A stretch of DNA of 64,000 nucleotides from an uncultured Gemmatimonadaceae bacterium (lineage in GTDB: Bacteria; Gemmatimonadota; Gemmatimonadetes; Gemmatimonadales; GWC2-71-9), in assembly GCA_964580055.1 (NCBI GenBank), contig CAZOJI010000010.1, forward strand, positions 4,367-68,366, in the 5' to 3' direction. The notes under the pieces were generated by a model. It had not been told where the DNA came from, searched no databases, and saw only the letters and a list, made by a program, of their open reading frames with translations. Positions 63,565-64,000 of the stretch are shown one piece after another. The number at the start of each line of letters is the position of its first letter. The stretch's first letter is position 1. The translations under genes and the position numbers were made by a program.

Positions 63565-63692
63565 TGGACTCCCTTTGCATGATTCGTCTGTCGAATCGGC
63601 CGGCGACCGAAGTTGGCTGCCGGAGTAAAACATATTGGTGTGAGAATAATAGGACAGAGAATGAGCATTGGTGACCTTTATGGTCGTTTCAT

Positions 63693-64000
63693 ATGACAGC
63701 CTCTAACGCGACCGGTTACACGCGAGGGGTGCAGACCCTCTTGGGAGACCCCAAGAAGGCGATCATCAAGCTCTCAATACCGATGGTTGTCGCGGTGGCT
63801 GCGCACACCTTCTACAACCTCACGGATGCCGTTTGGGTGTCAGGATTGGGGCCGGAGTCTCTTGCTGCTGTGGGTTTCATCTTCCCTTTCTTGTTTTTCG
63901 CAATGGCGATAGCAAGTGGGGTGGGTATCGGTGGTGGGGCTGCAATATCCAGGAAGATCGGTGCTAGAGACAAAACCGGCGCCGACAGCATTGCGGTCCA
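63693..64000 (+). CDS. MATE family transporter, 3' end cut by window edge
   Basis: 'LLGDPKKAIIKLSIPMVVAVAAHTFYNLTDAVWVSGLGPESLAAVG...ISRKIGARD'. Confidence 0.8.
   Translation, partial: MTASNATGYTRGVQTLLGDPKKAIIKLSIPMVVAVAAHTFYNLTDAVWVSGLGPESLAAVGFIFPFLFFAMAIASGVGIGGGAAISRKIGARDKTGADSIAV

Noticed and set aside
1-64000. Scan for CRISPR repeats, tRNA/rRNA/tmRNA/RNase P signatures, IS elements with terminal inverted repeats, integrases, restriction-modification genes, toxin-antitoxin pairs and other defence genes.
   Set aside because: I saw no regularly spaced direct repeats, no cloverleaf-like or conserved RNA boxes, and no transposase, integrase or defence-type protein motifs by eye. A tool-based scan (tRNAscan-SE, Infernal, CRISPR finders, DefenseFinder/PADLOC) is still advisable.

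Overview
Gene-dense, moderately GC-rich (by eye) chromosomal segment with about 50 supportable CDS. Many products carry signal peptides, lipoboxes or beta-barrel features, so the source is probably a diderm bacterium. The kinase N-termini and the ECF sigma / glycogen-binding-domain anti-sigma pairing remind me of Gemmatimonadota-like genomes, but that is inference only. I found no rRNA, tRNA, CRISPR array, transposase, integrase or phage genes by eye, so this looks like core chromosome and not a mobile island.

Content:
- A very high density of peptide and peptidoglycan-degrading enzymes: four M14-type enzymes, M15, S9, two S12 serine hydrolases and C69. Amino-acid and organic-acid catabolism and uptake genes sit alongside them: two class-V and one class-III aminotransferases, BrnQ, GntP, a YdiJ-like FAD/Fe-S oxidase and an acyl-CoA dehydrogenase.
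- Housekeeping genes: DEAD-box helicase, AddAB, PiT/DUF47, MATE, Smr, YjbQ and CDGSH.

Most interesting regions:
1. 34.6-41.7 kb holds a redox island with no recognisable catalytic subunit. It combines an EB_dh/DOMON-type haem-b protein, a cupredoxin fused to a NapH/NosR/CcoG-type membrane polyferredoxin, and a small CuA-like cupredoxin lipoprotein. It is flanked by a 4-domain cytochrome c and an 8-haem TPR cytochrome, and preceded by a leader uORF plus hairpin that duplicates the first gene's start.
2. 57.4-63.6 kb holds a non-canonical poly-gamma-glutamate locus: pgsB, pgsC and a 'PGA system protein', without pgsA/pgsE. These are translationally chained to an orphan DctM-like permease, an unlisted 54-aa membrane ORF and an AstE/M14-like hydrolase.
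3. A secreted lipoprotein made of three tandem RidA domains.
4. Several decayed gene fragments and one split Fe-S gene.

All family calls rest on motifs read from the translations. No searches were run.
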